From contig JAJYDJ010000002.1 of assembly GCA_021777565.1 (NCBI GenBank), positions 197,082-261,081 of the forward strand: DNA of 64,000 nucleotides, in the 5' to 3' direction. Below, in pieces: positions 20,132 to 30,160 of the stretch. The number at the start of each line of letters is the position of its first letter. Positions within the stretch are counted from its first letter, which is position 1. Source of the stretch: a bacterium. GTDB lineage: Bacteria > Patescibacteriota > Microgenomatia > Levybacterales > UBA12049. The notes beneath the pieces were generated by a model, which was given only the letters and a program-made list of their open reading frames with translations, did not search any database and was not told the DNA's origin. A program made the translations under genes and the position numbers.

Positions 20132-20668
20132 ATGAACGATATACAAAAACTATATACAGAAACAGTTGCCAAAGAGCTTGAAAGTGAGCTTGGGATTACC
20201 AACATTATGGCTGTCCCACGCGTGCGCAAGATCGTGGTAAACATTGGAGTAAAGGGAGCTATTGCAGATAAGAAAAATCTTGAAGTAGTTAACGGCGTGC
20301 TTGAGCAAATTACTGGACAGAAGCCAAAAGTGACTCGTGCCCGTATGTCTATCGCAGGCTTTAAGCTTCGAGAAAATGACAAGGTAGGTCTTATGGTTAC
20401 TCTCAGAGGTAAGCGCATGTATGATTTCCTTGAAAAACTAATCGCAATCGTTCTTCCTCGTATTAAAGATTTTAGAGGAGTTAAGGCTGGTAGTTTTGAC
20501 AAACAAGGGAACTATACGCTAGGATTAGCCGAATATAGTGTGTTCCCAGAAGTCGATTTGGCAAAGATTGACCGCATGTACGGTATGGAAATCACTATGG
20601 TAACAAATACAAATAAAGACGCAGCATACTTGCTTCTTAAGAAGCTTGGTATGCCGTTCCAGAAATAA
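20132..20668 (+). CDS. rplE: 50S ribosomal protein L5
   Basis: [26 protein letters not shown]. Confidence 0.98.
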   Translation: MNDIQKLYTETVAKELESELGITNIMAVPRVRKIVVNIGVKGAIADKKNLEVVNGVLEQITGQKPKVTRARMSIAGFKLRENDKVGLMVTLRGKRMYDFLEKLIAIVLPRIKDFRGVKAGSFDKQGNYTLGLAEYSVFPEVDLAKIDRMYGMEITMVTNTNKDAAYLLLKKLGMPFQK

Positions 20669-20669
20669 T

Positions 20670-20855
20670 ATGGCAAAGACATCAAGCATTGTTAAATTTT
20701 TGAATAAGCAGAAGTTTTCTACACGAGAGAAGAATCGTTGTGCTCTCTGTGGACGATCTCGCGCGTATATGAGAAAATTCGGATTGTGCAGAATTTGTTT
20801 TAGAGAGAAAGCACAGAAAGGAGAATTGCCAGGGGTATTAAAGGCAAGTTGGTAA
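20670..20855 (+). CDS. rpsN: 30S ribosomal protein S14 (zinc-binding type Z)
   Basis: CALCGR...[16 protein letters not shown]; start at ATG 20670. Confidence 0.97.
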   Translation: MAKTSSIVKFLNKQKFSTREKNRCALCGRSRAYMRKFGLCRICFREKAQKGELPGVLKASW

Positions 20856-20859
20856 GTAT

Positions 20860-21255
20860 ATGCAACATTACACAGTAGCAGACATTTTTATTAGATTGAA
20901 GAACGCAGCTCTCGCACGACGCAAGAGTGTTGAGTTTATCAAGTCCAAGCGTGCAGAAGCACTTTTGAACATTATGCAAGCAGAAGGATATATTTCTGGC
21001 CTTACTACTCGTGAAGAAGGCAGTAAGAAATTCCTGGTTGCAAATATTACTCGCCATGGGAAAGGCAGTGTCTTTACTGATGTAAAGATTATTTCTAAAC
21101 CATCCCTTCGCGTGTACGCAGATAAGAGTGATATTGAGAAGATGCAGCGAAAGAGTATTGGGCAGGTTATCCTCTCAACAAGTAAGGGTATTATGACAGG
21201 TAAAAAAGCACTTGAAACCGGTGTCGGTGGTGAAGTCTTAGTGGAGGTATGGTAA
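20860..21255 (+). CDS. rpsH: 30S ribosomal protein S8
   Basis: SKPSLRVY, STSKGIMT, GGEVL. Confidence 0.97.
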   Translation: MQHYTVADIFIRLKNAALARRKSVEFIKSKRAEALLNIMQAEGYISGLTTREEGSKKFLVANITRHGKGSVFTDVKIISKPSLRVYADKSDIEKMQRKSIGQVILSTSKGIMTGKKALETGVGGEVLVEVW

Positions 21256-21256
21256 T

Positions 21257-21811
21257 ATGTCAAAGATCGGAAAATTAATTATTACAATCCCAAACGGTGT
21301 CACAGTCTCTCAAGCAGAGAATAAAGTGACCGTCCAAGGACCAAAAGGACAACTTTTTGTTGATGTACCAGCAGGGATTGTCGTAGCAATTGAAGAGGCA
21401 ACAGTAAAAGTCTCTCAGAAGGTTACAAACGATCGAACAACGCAGGCATTCTGGGGATTGGTACGTGCCAATATCGCAAATGCAATCAAAGGCGTTTCTG
21501 AAGGTTTTGAAGTACGTTTGGAAATGGTCGGCGTTGGATTTAGAGGTCAAGCAAGTGGTAGTGAATTGACACTCTCTCTTGGATTCTCTCATCCAGTAAA
21601 GATGAAGGCTCCACAAGGTGTTACTTTCGCCATGGGGGAGAATAACACAATTATCATTTCTGGATCAGATAAAATGATGGTTGGTGAGATAGCAGCAGAG
21701 ATTCGCGCTGTTCGCCCCCCAGAACCATACAAAGGAAAAGGTATAAAATACGTTGGCGAAAGAATTCGTCGTAAAGCAGGAAAGACCGCGAAAGCAGTCG
21801 GAGGTAAATAA
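21257..21811 (+). CDS. rplF: 50S ribosomal protein L6
   Basis: GPKGQL, LGFSHPV, PPEPYKGKGI. Confidence 0.98.
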   Translation: MSKIGKLIITIPNGVTVSQAENKVTVQGPKGQLFVDVPAGIVVAIEEATVKVSQKVTNDRTTQAFWGLVRANIANAIKGVSEGFEVRLEMVGVGFRGQASGSELTLSLGFSHPVKMKAPQGVTFAMGENNTIIISGSDKMMVGEIAAEIRAVRPPEPYKGKGIKYVGERIRRKAGKTAKAVGGK

Positions 21812-21812
21812 T

Positions 21813-22151
21813 ATGCAAAACAGTAAATTACGAAGACAAAAAAGAACACGTGGCAATATTGTTAGTACAGAGAGTCGTCCACGACTTTCAGTACATCGAT
21901 CAAATAAACATATTGCTGTACAAATTATTGATGATACCAAAGGAGTTACTCTGGTTGGTATGACTGAGAAGCATGTCGAAGGTATTAAAGGCACCAAAAC
22001 AGAGCGTGCAGCACTTTTGGGTGAAGCACTTGCCAAGAAAGCAGTTGAAAAGAAAATCAGTACGGTCGTTTTTGATAAGGGAAGTTTCCGTTATCATGGA
22101 CGCGTCAGAGCACTGGCAGAGGGTGCAAGAAAAGGAGGCTTAGTATTCTAA
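21813..22151 (+). CDS. rplR: 50S ribosomal protein L18
   Basis: RPRLSVHRSNKHI, FDKGSFRYHGRV. Confidence 0.97.
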   Translation: MQNSKLRRQKRTRGNIVSTESRPRLSVHRSNKHIAVQIIDDTKGVTLVGMTEKHVEGIKGTKTERAALLGEALAKKAVEKKISTVVFDKGSFRYHGRVRALAEGARKGGLVF

Positions 22152-22152
22152 T

Positions 22153-22641
22153 ATGAATCCAGCACAACAATTTATTCAACCAGTATCAGAATTCACTGAA
22201 TCAGTGATCCAGGTGAATAGAACATCTAAGAAGACAACCGGTGGTAACAAAATCGGATTTGCTGTGTTGGCTGTCGTTGGGAACAAACAAGGTAAAGTTG
22301 GTGTTGGTCATGGAAAAGCAGGGGACGTTGCCTCTGCAATCCGTAAAGCAGTCTCAGGAGCAAAAAAACACTTAATCGAAGTTCCAGTATCTAACGGTAC
22401 TATTCCATTTGGTATTACGCTTAAGCGTGGTGCAGCAAAACTTATTTTGAAACCTGCTCCAAAGGGTAGTGGTATTATTGCCGGTGGCGCAGTCAGAAGT
22501 GTTGTTGCCGCTGCAGGTATTGAGAATATCTCCAGTAAGATTTTGGGGACAGGGAATAAATTGAGTAATGTCTATGCAACGCTTGAAGCACTTGAGCAAA
22601 TCTCCGCAATGGAGAAAAAGTTTAGTGCACGTAAAAAATAA
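22153..22641 (+). CDS. rpsE: 30S ribosomal protein S5
   Basis: RTSKKTTGG, KPAPKGSGIIAGG. Confidence 0.97.
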   Translation: MNPAQQFIQPVSEFTESVIQVNRTSKKTTGGNKIGFAVLAVVGNKQGKVGVGHGKAGDVASAIRKAVSGAKKHLIEVPVSNGTIPFGITLKRGAAKLILKPAPKGSGIIAGGAVRSVVAAAGIENISSKILGTGNKLSNVYATLEALEQISAMEKKFSARKK

Positions 22642-22642
22642 T

Positions 22643-23086
22643 ATGAATATTAGTAATTTGAAAAAAATTGTTTCTAGACCAGGGAAAAGACTTGGACAAG
22701 GTCATGGGTCAGGTCGTGTCAAAACAGCTGGTCGTGGTACCAAAGGTCAGCATGCCCGTCACAATCTTGGTCCAACAAAGTATTTCTACAGTGGTGGATC
22801 ACTCGCGTTCGTAAAGCGTTTGCCATTCCTTCGTGGGAAAGGTCGCAATCAGTCTATGCAAGCAGATAAAGTAGCCGTTCCTGTTGATGCACTGAATGTC
22901 TTTGCTGCAAAAAGTACGGTAGATGTTGCAGCATTGATTGAGAAAAATATTATCAAAGCAAGTGAAAAAGGTAGTCGCATTAAGCTCGTTGGTGGCAAGG
23001 AGTTGACTGTTGCATTAACCGTAAAACTCCCCGTAACAACAGGTGCTCGAGAACTGATTGAAAAAGCAGGGGGAAACGTGGCATAA
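22643..23086 (+). CDS. rplO: 50S ribosomal protein L15
   Basis: [25 protein letters not shown]. Confidence 0.97.
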   Translation: MNISNLKKIVSRPGKRLGQGHGSGRVKTAGRGTKGQHARHNLGPTKYFYSGGSLAFVKRLPFLRGKGRNQSMQADKVAVPVDALNVFAAKSTVDVAALIEKNIIKASEKGSRIKLVGGKELTVALTVKLPVTTGARELIEKAGGNVA

Positions 23087-23093
23087 TAGCCTC

Positions 23094-24380
23094 ATGGAGC
23101 ATATTCTTTCCACACTCAAGAATAGTTGGAATACTCAAGAAATTCGTAAAAAAATTCTCTTTACCGCTGGTATCTTTATTCTCTTTCGTTTATTTGCCCA
23201 TATTCCTGTTGCAGGAGTCAATCTCGCAAGCTTGCATAATCTCTTCTCCCAGAACCAGCTGTTAAATCTTTTAGATATCTTTTCAGGAGGCACGCTAGCA
23301 AATTTCTCAGTGATGGCGCTTGGACTAAATCCATATATCAACGCCTCTATCGTCATCCAACTTCTTACCATCGTTGTCCCTTCTCTTGACGCCTTGATGA
23401 AAGAAGGCGAGTCAGGACGAATGAAGATCAATCAATATACCCGTCTGCTGACAGTACCTCTTGCCTTTGGTCAGGCAGTTGCTATGTTTCTTTTACTCAG
23501 AAGTCAGCATATTGTTGGCACTATGTCACCTCTGAGCCTCGTGGCATTTCTCGTAACCATGACCGCTGGGACCATGATCTTGGTCTGGTTTGGTGAGCTC
23601 ATCTCGGAACGTGGTATTGGCAATGGCGTATCACTTCTTATCTTTGGAGGCATCGTCGGGCGCATGCCAGTCGCTATCAGTCAGACGGCAAGTACGATAA
23701 GTGGGGAAAATGCTATGAATCTTTTCATATTCCTGGCCCTCGCAATTGCTGTGATTGCAGGTGTTGTGCTTATCAATGAGGCTGCTCGTCAGATACCGGT
23801 ATATTACGCCAAACGTATGCGTGGCAATAAAGTCTATGGTGGCCAGTCATCCCATCTTCCACTTAAGCTCAATCAGGCTGGTGTTATTCCTATCATCTTT
23901 GCCGTTTCTCTGGTCCTATTCCCATCCATGGTTGCGAATTATTTCATTAACAGCACCAATCCTGGTATCCATAATGCCGCTGTATGGGCAGCTACCTTTT
24001 TCAGCCCAAATGGTGTTATGTATAACGTCTTCTACTTCTTGCTGGTTCTGATCTTTACCTTCTTCTATACCTCAGTCATTGTGAACCCACAAAAAATCGC
24101 TGAGGACATGCAGAAGAATGGTGGCTTCATCCCAGGTATCCGCCCAGGTGAACGTACGACCAAATATCTTAACTATGTACTTACTCGTATTACTCTTGCT
24201 GGTGGTGCCTTTTTGGGCCTTATTGCCATTTTCCCAACCATTGCCCGTAGTTTAACTAATGTTCAGACACTCTTGATCGGTGGTACAGGTATTCTTATCG
24301 TGGTGAGCGTTGTGCTTGAGACTGTAAAAGCCATGGAAGCACAAATTGTTATGCGTAACTATGATAAGTTCGCCAACTAA
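23094..24380 (+). CDS. secY: Preprotein translocase SecY
   Basis: [36 protein letters not shown]. Confidence 0.99.
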   Translation: MEHILSTLKNSWNTQEIRKKILFTAGIFILFRLFAHIPVAGVNLASLHNLFSQNQLLNLLDIFSGGTLANFSVMALGLNPYINASIVIQLLTIVVPSLDALMKEGESGRMKINQYTRLLTVPLAFGQAVAMFLLLRSQHIVGTMSPLSLVAFLVTMTAGTMILVWFGELISERGIGNGVSLLIFGGIVGRMPVAISQTASTISGENAMNLFIFLALAIAVIAGVVLINEAARQIPVYYAKRMRGNKVYGGQSSHLPLKLNQAGVIPIIFAVSLVLFPSMVANYFINSTNPGIHNAAVWAATFFSPNGVMYNVFYFLLVLIFTFFYTSVIVNPQKIAEDMQKNGGFIPGIRPGERTTKYLNYVLTRITLAGGAFLGLIAIFPTIARSLTNVQTLLIGGTGILIVVSVVLETVKAMEAQIVMRNYDKFAN

Positions 24381-24383
24381 CCT

Positions 24384-24929
24384 ATGAAGATAACACTTAT
24401 TGGTATTCAAGGCTCAGGCAAATCCACACAAGGGAACTTGTTAACCAAGAAATATAATATCCCCTATCTCTCAACGGGACACATCTTTCGGGAACTTTCC
24501 CAGGAGAAAACAGCTACTGGACGCTATATTAAAGAGATTATCACAGCCGGATTTCTGGTACCTGACGAAAAGACAATTGATATTGTGAAAGAGTACGTAG
24601 GCAGAGATGCGTATAAGAACGGCTATATCCTTGATGGGTTCCCTCGAACAGTCCAGCAGGCAAAATCATTCGCTTCTGAGATAGAGTCAGCTGTGTATAT
24701 ACGGGTCTCGGATAAAGAAGCTCTGTGGAGACTGGCTATGCGGGATAATGAAGTGCGCTCAGATGAGACGATTATGGCAGTCAAAAAGCGTATCGAGCTA
24801 TTTCATTTCGTCACCGAGCCTGTGCTTGATTGGTATCGCAAGCAGGGGAAGCTCATTGAAGTGGATGGAGAAGTCGATGTAGAGCAGGTTTTTGCCCAAA
24901 TCACGGCCGCTCTGGATAAAAAAGTATGA
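24384..24929 (+). CDS. adk: Adenylate kinase (short LID)
   Basis: GIQGSGKSTQ, LDGFPRT; follows secY. Confidence 0.93.
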   Translation: MKITLIGIQGSGKSTQGNLLTKKYNIPYLSTGHIFRELSQEKTATGRYIKEIITAGFLVPDEKTIDIVKEYVGRDAYKNGYILDGFPRTVQQAKSFASEIESAVYIRVSDKEALWRLAMRDNEVRSDETIMAVKKRIELFHFVTEPVLDWYRKQGKLIEVDGEVDVEQVFAQITAALDKKV

Positions 24930-25753
24930 TTATCACCAAAACACCACAAGAAATCGCAATCATGAAAAAGGCTGGTCACATGCTCGCAACTGCCTTGCAG
25001 GAGACGTGCCAGGCTGTCAAACCTGGTATTTCAGAGATAGAACTGGATAAACTGGCTGAGAAGTCCATTCGTGCACAGGGCGGTGAGCCTGGCTTTAAGA
25101 AGGTCGAAGGCTACCACAACACGCTCTGTATAGAGACCAATGACGTCGTGGTCCACGGGATCCCCCGTAAATACGTTCTCAAGGAAGGGGATATTGTAGG
25201 GCTTGATTGTGGGGTATTTTTGCAAGGCTTTCATACTGATATGGCTGAGACTGTTCGTGTCCTGAAGGCCCCTTCAAAGGCCTCAGAATGGCTTTCTAGC
25301 ATGGGCTCGGACTATAAGACGCACAGCTATGACAGTACTGAGGAGGATGAGGTAGATAGATTCCTGCGTATCGGGAAGGAAGCTATGTGGGATGGCATTA
25401 ACCAGGTCAAGGCTGGTAATCGTGTTGGTCATATCTCTGCAGCGATGCAAGAGAAAGCTGAGAAGATTGGTGGCTATAGTGTGGTGAGAAGCCTTGTTGG
25501 GCACGGAGTGGGTAGAGAGCTGCATGAGGATCCTGAGATCCCAGGGTACGCTACCAGACCTATCGAAAAAACACCACTTCTTAAGCCAGGTATGACGATA
25601 GCAATAGAGATTATCTATATTATGGGTGGCAAGGAAGTTGCGTATCGGGGAGATGACGACTGGACGATTGTCTCGGAAGATGGGTCATTATCAGCCATGT
25701 TTGAGCGTAGTGTGGTGGTCACAGAGGCAGGCTTCGAGCTTATTACTGTCTAG
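24926..25753 (+). CDS. map: Methionine aminopeptidase type I
   Basis: VVHGIP, DCG...HTD, GHGVGRELHEDP. Confidence 0.96.
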   Translation: MIITKTPQEIAIMKKAGHMLATALQETCQAVKPGISEIELDKLAEKSIRAQGGEPGFKKVEGYHNTLCIETNDVVVHGIPRKYVLKEGDIVGLDCGVFLQGFHTDMAETVRVLKAPSKASEWLSSMGSDYKTHSYDSTEEDEVDRFLRIGKEAMWDGINQVKAGNRVGHISAAMQEKAEKIGGYSVVRSLVGHGVGRELHEDPEIPGYATRPIEKTPLLKPGMTIAIEIIYIMGGKEVAYRGDDDWTIVSEDGSLSAMFERSVVVTEAGFELITV

Positions 25754-25765
25754 GCACGATACCCT

Positions 25766-25794
25766 TTGCGTAACTCAAAAGAGTTTGCTATAAT
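25766..25794 (+). promoter_or_regulatory. Promoter for infA-rpmJ-rpsM-rpsK-rpsD
   Basis: TTGCGT-17 bp-TATAAT with extended TG. Confidence 0.7.
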
Positions 25795-25807
25795 CAAACA
25801 AGTCTTT

Positions 25808-26023
25808 ATGGTGCATCAAGGATCAATAGAGCTCACTGGTACAGTTATTGAAGCTCTTCCCGGCACTACGTTTCGAATTCAACTGCCTGATGAATCGGTA
25901 GTGATTTGCACGTTAGCTGGTAAGATGCGGATTCATTTTGTGAAAATATTGCCAGGAGACAAAGTACAGATCGAGGTATCACCATATGATATGACTCGAG
26001 GAAGGATAACAAGAAGACTATGA
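25808..26023 (+). CDS. infA: Translation initiation factor IF-1
   Basis: [12 protein letters not shown]...[17 protein letters not shown]. Confidence 0.97.
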   Translation: MVHQGSIELTGTVIEALPGTTFRIQLPDESVVICTLAGKMRIHFVKILPGDKVQIEVSPYDMTRGRITRRL

Positions 26024-26133
26024 AAGTACAAGCAAGTGTCAAACCACGATGCAGTAAATGCAAAGTGATCAAAAGAAAAGGTGTTGTTCGTGTCGTGTGT
26101 GAAAACCCACGTCATAAGCAGCGACAAGGGTAA
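26020..26133 (+). CDS. rpmJ: 50S ribosomal protein L36 (not in the ORF track)
   Basis: Manual translation [37 protein letters not shown]; ATGA overlap with infA. Confidence 0.98.
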   Translation: MKVQASVKPRCSKCKVIKRKGVVRVVCENPRHKQRQG

Positions 26134-26139
26134 AAAATT

Positions 26140-26571
26140 ATGCGTATTAGTGGTGTAAATATTCCTGACGAAAAAAGAACAGATATTGCTTTGACCTATA
26201 TCTATGGCATTGGCCGCTCCAATGTCGCTGATGTATTGGCAAGAGCACAGGTTGCCGCTACAACACGTGTAAAAAACCTCACTGAAGATGAACAAAAAAG
26301 ACTTTTGGATGCCCTTTCAACCCTGAGGCTTGAAGGTGATCTCAGAGCAGAAGAAATGCTAAACATTAAGCGTCTGAAAGATATTGGTAGTTATCGTGGG
26401 AGCCGCCACATTCATGGCCTTCCAACCAAAGGACAGCGCACAAGATCAAATGCTCGTACCCGTAGAGGCAAGAGAATGACGATCGGAGCTATGAAGAAGG
26501 AGGTTCTTGCAAAGCTCGAGGCATCACAAAAGCAAAAAGAAGTAACAGCAGCAAAAGCATCAAAGAAGTAA
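26140..26571 (+). CDS. rpsM: 30S ribosomal protein S13
   Basis: LTYIYGIG, GQRTRSNARTRRG. Confidence 0.98.
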   Translation: MRISGVNIPDEKRTDIALTYIYGIGRSNVADVLARAQVAATTRVKNLTEDEQKRLLDALSTLRLEGDLRAEEMLNIKRLKDIGSYRGSRHIHGLPTKGQRTRSNARTRRGKRMTIGAMKKEVLAKLEASQKQKEVTAAKASKK

Positions 26572-26572
26572 T

Positions 26573-26968
26573 ATGAGAGCAAAAAAAACTGTATCAAAGA
26601 AAAAGAAAGTGAATGTAGTCGTCTCTGAAAGAGGGCGTGTCTACATTAACGCAACATTTAATAACACCATGGTGACAGTAACCAATAATACTGGTGACGT
26701 CGTCGCATGGAGTTCATCCGGAGCAAAGGGGTTTAAGGGAACACGTAAATCTACTCCATATGCAGGAGGGTTGGCCGTAGAAGATGCAGTCAAGAAAGCA
26801 ATGGAAGCAGGTATTACGATGGTTGATGTCTTTATTAAAGGACCAGGACCAGGACGAGACAGTGGTCTTCGCTCAGTTCGTGGTGCAGGACTTTCGATTA
26901 TGTCAATTTCTGATATCACCCCTATCCCACACAATGGGCCACGGGCGAAGAAGAAGCGACGTGTATAA
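26573..26968 (+). CDS. rpsK: 30S ribosomal protein S11
   Basis: TFNNT, RKSTPYA, DITPIPHNG. Confidence 0.98.
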   Translation: MRAKKTVSKKKKVNVVVSERGRVYINATFNNTMVTVTNNTGDVVAWSSSGAKGFKGTRKSTPYAGGLAVEDAVKKAMEAGITMVDVFIKGPGPGRDSGLRSVRGAGLSIMSISDITPIPHNGPRAKKKRRV

Positions 26969-26981
26969 TACATAAAAACAT

Positions 26982-27587
26982 ATGGCACACTATATTGGAC
27001 CAAAACATAAACTAGCACGAAGAGAAGGGGTAAACCTTTTGGATAAAACATCCAACACCCTCCTTCGCCGTCTTAACCAGATTCCTGGTATGCACGGGGC
27101 AAAACGAAGAAAGAAGCTCTCTGAATATGGGCAACAGCTGCGCGAGAAACAAAAGGCAAAAGTTATGTATGGAGTCCAAGAAAGACAATTTAAGACATTG
27201 GTGGACAAACTTCGTACCCGCAAAGGTGATACAGGAGAATTGATTATTGCTGCGCTTGAGACACGTCTTGATAACGTCGTCTATCGTCTGGGATTTGCTT
27301 CTAGTAGATTCATGGCACGCCAAATCGTTTCCCATGGTCATATTATGGTAAATGGCAAAACACTCAACATCCCATCCTATGCAGTTAAAGTTGATGATGT
27401 GATTAGTCTTTCTGCTAAGATGCAGCAAAACCCACAAGTGGCAAAGCTTCTTACTGATGAGAATAAGGCAATGCCAGCATTTTTGGAGAAAAAAGCTACT
27501 GTTGGCAAGCTAATCCGCCAGCCAGAACGCACCGATGTTGAAGTTCCATTTCAGACACAATTAATTGTTGAATATTATTCACGTTAA
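26982..27587 (+). CDS. rpsD: 30S ribosomal protein S4
   Basis: SEYGQQLREKQK, ETRLDNVVYR, IVEYYSR. Confidence 0.98.
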   Translation: MAHYIGPKHKLARREGVNLLDKTSNTLLRRLNQIPGMHGAKRRKKLSEYGQQLREKQKAKVMYGVQERQFKTLVDKLRTRKGDTGELIIAALETRLDNVVYRLGFASSRFMARQIVSHGHIMVNGKTLNIPSYAVKVDDVISLSAKMQQNPQVAKLLTDENKAMPAFLEKKATVGKLIRQPERTDVEVPFQTQLIVEYYSR

Positions 27588-27602
27588 TGCTATACTACCC
27601 AT

Positions 27603-28517
27603 ATGTTGAACACGACATTTACCGTTAAAGCGCTCAAAGAAACACCAGATTACGCACTTTTCGTAATCAGTCCATTGGACACCGGTTACGGTTACACACT
27701 CGGACATTCACTCAAGCGCACCATGCTTACTTCTATTGAAGGAGCAGCAATTACCTCAGTAAAGATTAACGGCGTCGCTCACAAATTCTCAACAGTTCCA
27801 GGTTTGAAAGAAAACGTCGTTGATTTCCTCCTTAACTTGAAAGAGCTTTCTGTTCGTCTTTCTGGCAGTAAAACATCTGCAACCGTTCGTCTCTCTGTAA
27901 AAGGTCCAAAAGAAATTACTGGAGCAGACGTTGAAGTTTCAGATGGTGTAGAAATTGCAAATCCAGATCACTATCTCGGTTACCTCTCAGACAAGAAACT
28001 TGAGATGGAAATGACTGTTGAAAAAGGATTTGGATACTCTTTGGCAGAAGAACGATCTTCTGAGGAAGTTGGCCAAATCATGGTTGATGCTATTTTCTCC
28101 CCAGTCAAGCGTGTTGATTACAAAGTAAGTAGTACTCGTGTAGGACGACAAACAAATCTTGATGAAGTTACTATGGAAGTATGGACCAATGGTTCAGTTA
28201 CTCCACGTGAAGCTTTGGAAAGTGCAGCACGAACACTCGCACAGTATTATGTACAAATGTACAACCCATCAGCAGAGGTAACAGCAGAAGCTCCTGTAAA
28301 AGCAGCAGCTGCAAACGATGGTGCATCAATCACTATCGATGAACTCGACCTCCCAACACGTATTAGTAACAGTTTAAAAAATGGTGGTATTGAAAATGTA
28401 GCAGAATTACTTGCTACACCAAAGAAAGAATTAGCAAGTATGAGAAATATGGGAGCAAAGTCAATTACCGTGATCGAAGAAAAGTTAGCAGAAAAAGGGA
28501 TTTCATTCCCTGTATAA
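27603..28517 (+). CDS. rpoA: RNA polymerase alpha subunit
   Basis: PLDTGYGYTLGHSLKR, DAIFSPV, alpha-CTD IDELDLPTR...NMGAKS. Confidence 0.98.
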   Translation: MLNTTFTVKALKETPDYALFVISPLDTGYGYTLGHSLKRTMLTSIEGAAITSVKINGVAHKFSTVPGLKENVVDFLLNLKELSVRLSGSKTSATVRLSVKGPKEITGADVEVSDGVEIANPDHYLGYLSDKKLEMEMTVEKGFGYSLAEERSSEEVGQIMVDAIFSPVKRVDYKVSSTRVGRQTNLDEVTMEVWTNGSVTPREALESAARTLAQYYVQMYNPSAEVTAEAPVKAAAANDGASITIDELDLPTRISNSLKNGGIENVAELLATPKKELASMRNMGAKSITVIEEKLAEKGISFPV

Positions 28518-28518
28518 G

Positions 28519-28614
28519 TCGAAATTCGAATATCGAAATTCTAAACAACAGAAACGTTCGAGTTTTTCAAATGAATATTTGAGATTGTTTCGGATTTCGT
28601 CATAAGAATTTCGA
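28519..28614. repeat. Long imperfect inverted repeat built from TCGAAAT-like heptads
   Basis: Left arm TCGAAATTCGAATATCGAAATTCTAAACAA (28519-48); right arm TTGTTTCGGATTTCGTCATAAGAATTTCGA (28585-614). Confidence 0.75.
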
Positions 28615-28628
28615 TTTTTTTTGTCTTT

Positions 28629-29102
28629 ATGAAGAAAAAAGTTTTTGGAAGAAGATTACAACGAGATACAAAGGAGCGTAAAGCACTCTTTAAGAGTCTG
28701 ACACGTGAGCTCATTTTGTGTGATGGGATCAAGACAACTGAAGCAAAAGCAAAATCAGTCAAAGGATCTATTGAAAAATTGATCACCAAGGCTCGAGACA
28801 ATGCATCAGAGACTAAAAGAATGCTTAGTGGTGTATACGAAGAAAAAGTTATCACTCGATTGGTTGACAATATCGCACCACGATTTGTCGGTCGTCCAGG
28901 TGGATATACTCGTATTGTACGCTTAGGTAATAGAGTACAGGATAATGCACCAATGGTTCTTTTGGAACTGGTTGAAGGTGAGAAAAAAGTAGAAAAAGCA
29001 GTCCCAACCGCTGCAGAAGCACCAAAAAAGGTCGAAAAGAAGACAAAAGTAGTGAAGACAACCGTAAAAAAAGAGACAAAAAAGGAGACAGCAAAGAAAT
29101 AA
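28629..29102 (+). CDS. rplQ: 50S ribosomal protein L17 with basic C-terminal tail
   Basis: IKTTEAKAK, RPGGYTRI. Confidence 0.97.
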   Translation: MKKKVFGRRLQRDTKERKALFKSLTRELILCDGIKTTEAKAKSVKGSIEKLITKARDNASETKRMLSGVYEEKVITRLVDNIAPRFVGRPGGYTRIVRLGNRVQDNAPMVLLELVEGEKKVEKAVPTAAEAPKKVEKKTKVVKTTVKKETKKETAKK

Positions 29103-29103
29103 T

Positions 29104-29538
29104 ATGAAACTTAGTCACGCAACAAAGACAACAAAACAGACAGAACTGGCACATGCATGGCACTTGATTGATGCAAAAGACCAGACACTTGGTCGTATTT
29201 CAACAAAAGTTGCTGAATTATTAATTGGTAAGAAAAAGCCAAACTTTGTAACCAATCTTGATTGTGGTGACTTTGTTGTTGTACTGAATGCAGAGACCGT
29301 AAAGGTAACTGGTAAAAAATTCACTGACAAAGTGTATTATCGTCATTCACAAATGCCAGGTGGATTTAAAGCAGAGACATTTAAAGAGCTTATTAATCGT
29401 CGACCAGAAGCAGCGCTAGAGCATGCAATTCGCGGCATGTTGCCAAAAAACAAACTTCGTGCGAAAATGCTCAAGAGACTTCGTGTCGTCGTTGGAAATG
29501 AAAATCCTTTCCAAGAGAATTTTCCAAAGGAGAAATAA
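29104..29538 (+). CDS. rplM: 50S ribosomal protein L13
   Basis: WHLIDA...LGR, DCGDFVVVLNA, GMLPKNKL. Confidence 0.98.
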   Translation: MKLSHATKTTKQTELAHAWHLIDAKDQTLGRISTKVAELLIGKKKPNFVTNLDCGDFVVVLNAETVKVTGKKFTDKVYYRHSQMPGGFKAETFKELINRRPEAALEHAIRGMLPKNKLRAKMLKRLRVVVGNENPFQENFPKEK

Positions 29539-29541
29539 TAT

Positions 29542-30009
29542 ATGGAACCAGAAGTGAAAGTAAAAAAAACAAGTAAAAAAGAATACGCATACGCAGTTGG
29601 ACGCCGTAAGGAGTCAACAGCACGTATCCGTGTGTATACAAATACTCCATCTCTTGAGATGTGGGGAGAGACAAAAATTGAAAAAGGGAAGATGTATGTG
29701 AACCAATTGCCAATTGAGAAATACTTCAATGGCAAAACTCATGAACCAATGTATCTTAAGCCTTTAGTAGCAACTGACACGGTTGGTAAATTTACTATTA
29801 CTGCCCGCGTAGTAAGTGGTGGACACAAGGGTCAGCTGGATGCTTTCGTTCATGGACTTGCACGTGCTCTTTTGGCTCTTGATAGTACCAAATATCACAA
29901 ACTTCTCAAATCAGCAGGATTCTTGACCCGCGATGCACGCGTACGCCAACGACGTAATGTCGGTACTGGTGGAAAAGCACGACGTGCCAAACAGTCTCCA
30001 AAGCGATAA
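29542..30009 (+). CDS. rpsI: 30S ribosomal protein S9
   Basis: GRRKES, GGHKGQ, LTRDARV, QSPKR. Confidence 0.98.
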   Translation: MEPEVKVKKTSKKEYAYAVGRRKESTARIRVYTNTPSLEMWGETKIEKGKMYVNQLPIEKYFNGKTHEPMYLKPLVATDTVGKFTITARVVSGGHKGQLDAFVHGLARALLALDSTKYHKLLKSAGFLTRDARVRQRRNVGTGGKARRAKQSPKR

Positions 30010-30043
30010 ATCGCCCTTACAAGAAATCGATATAGTTTATCTC

Positions 30044-30160
30044 TTATTTTTTATTTACTTGTTTCCATAACCACATGCCCAAAAGCACGAGGTCAATAAA
30101 TACCACAAGATATAATATTGATCCGAAGATGCTAAAACCTCCTCCATACCAACTCATCAT
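30044..30160 (-). CDS. Small single-pass membrane protein, 38 aa (not in the ORF track)
   Basis: MMSWYGGGFSIFGSILYLVVFIDLVLLGMWLWKQVNKK; SD-like AAGGGGATGA 5 nt upstream. Confidence 0.7.
   Translation of the reverse strand: MMSWYGGGFSIFGSILYLVVFIDLVLLGMWLWKQVNKK

Noticed and set aside
28519-28614. CRISPR or IS-end interpretation of the heptad repeats
   Set aside because: No spacer-separated direct repeats, cas genes, transposase or target duplication
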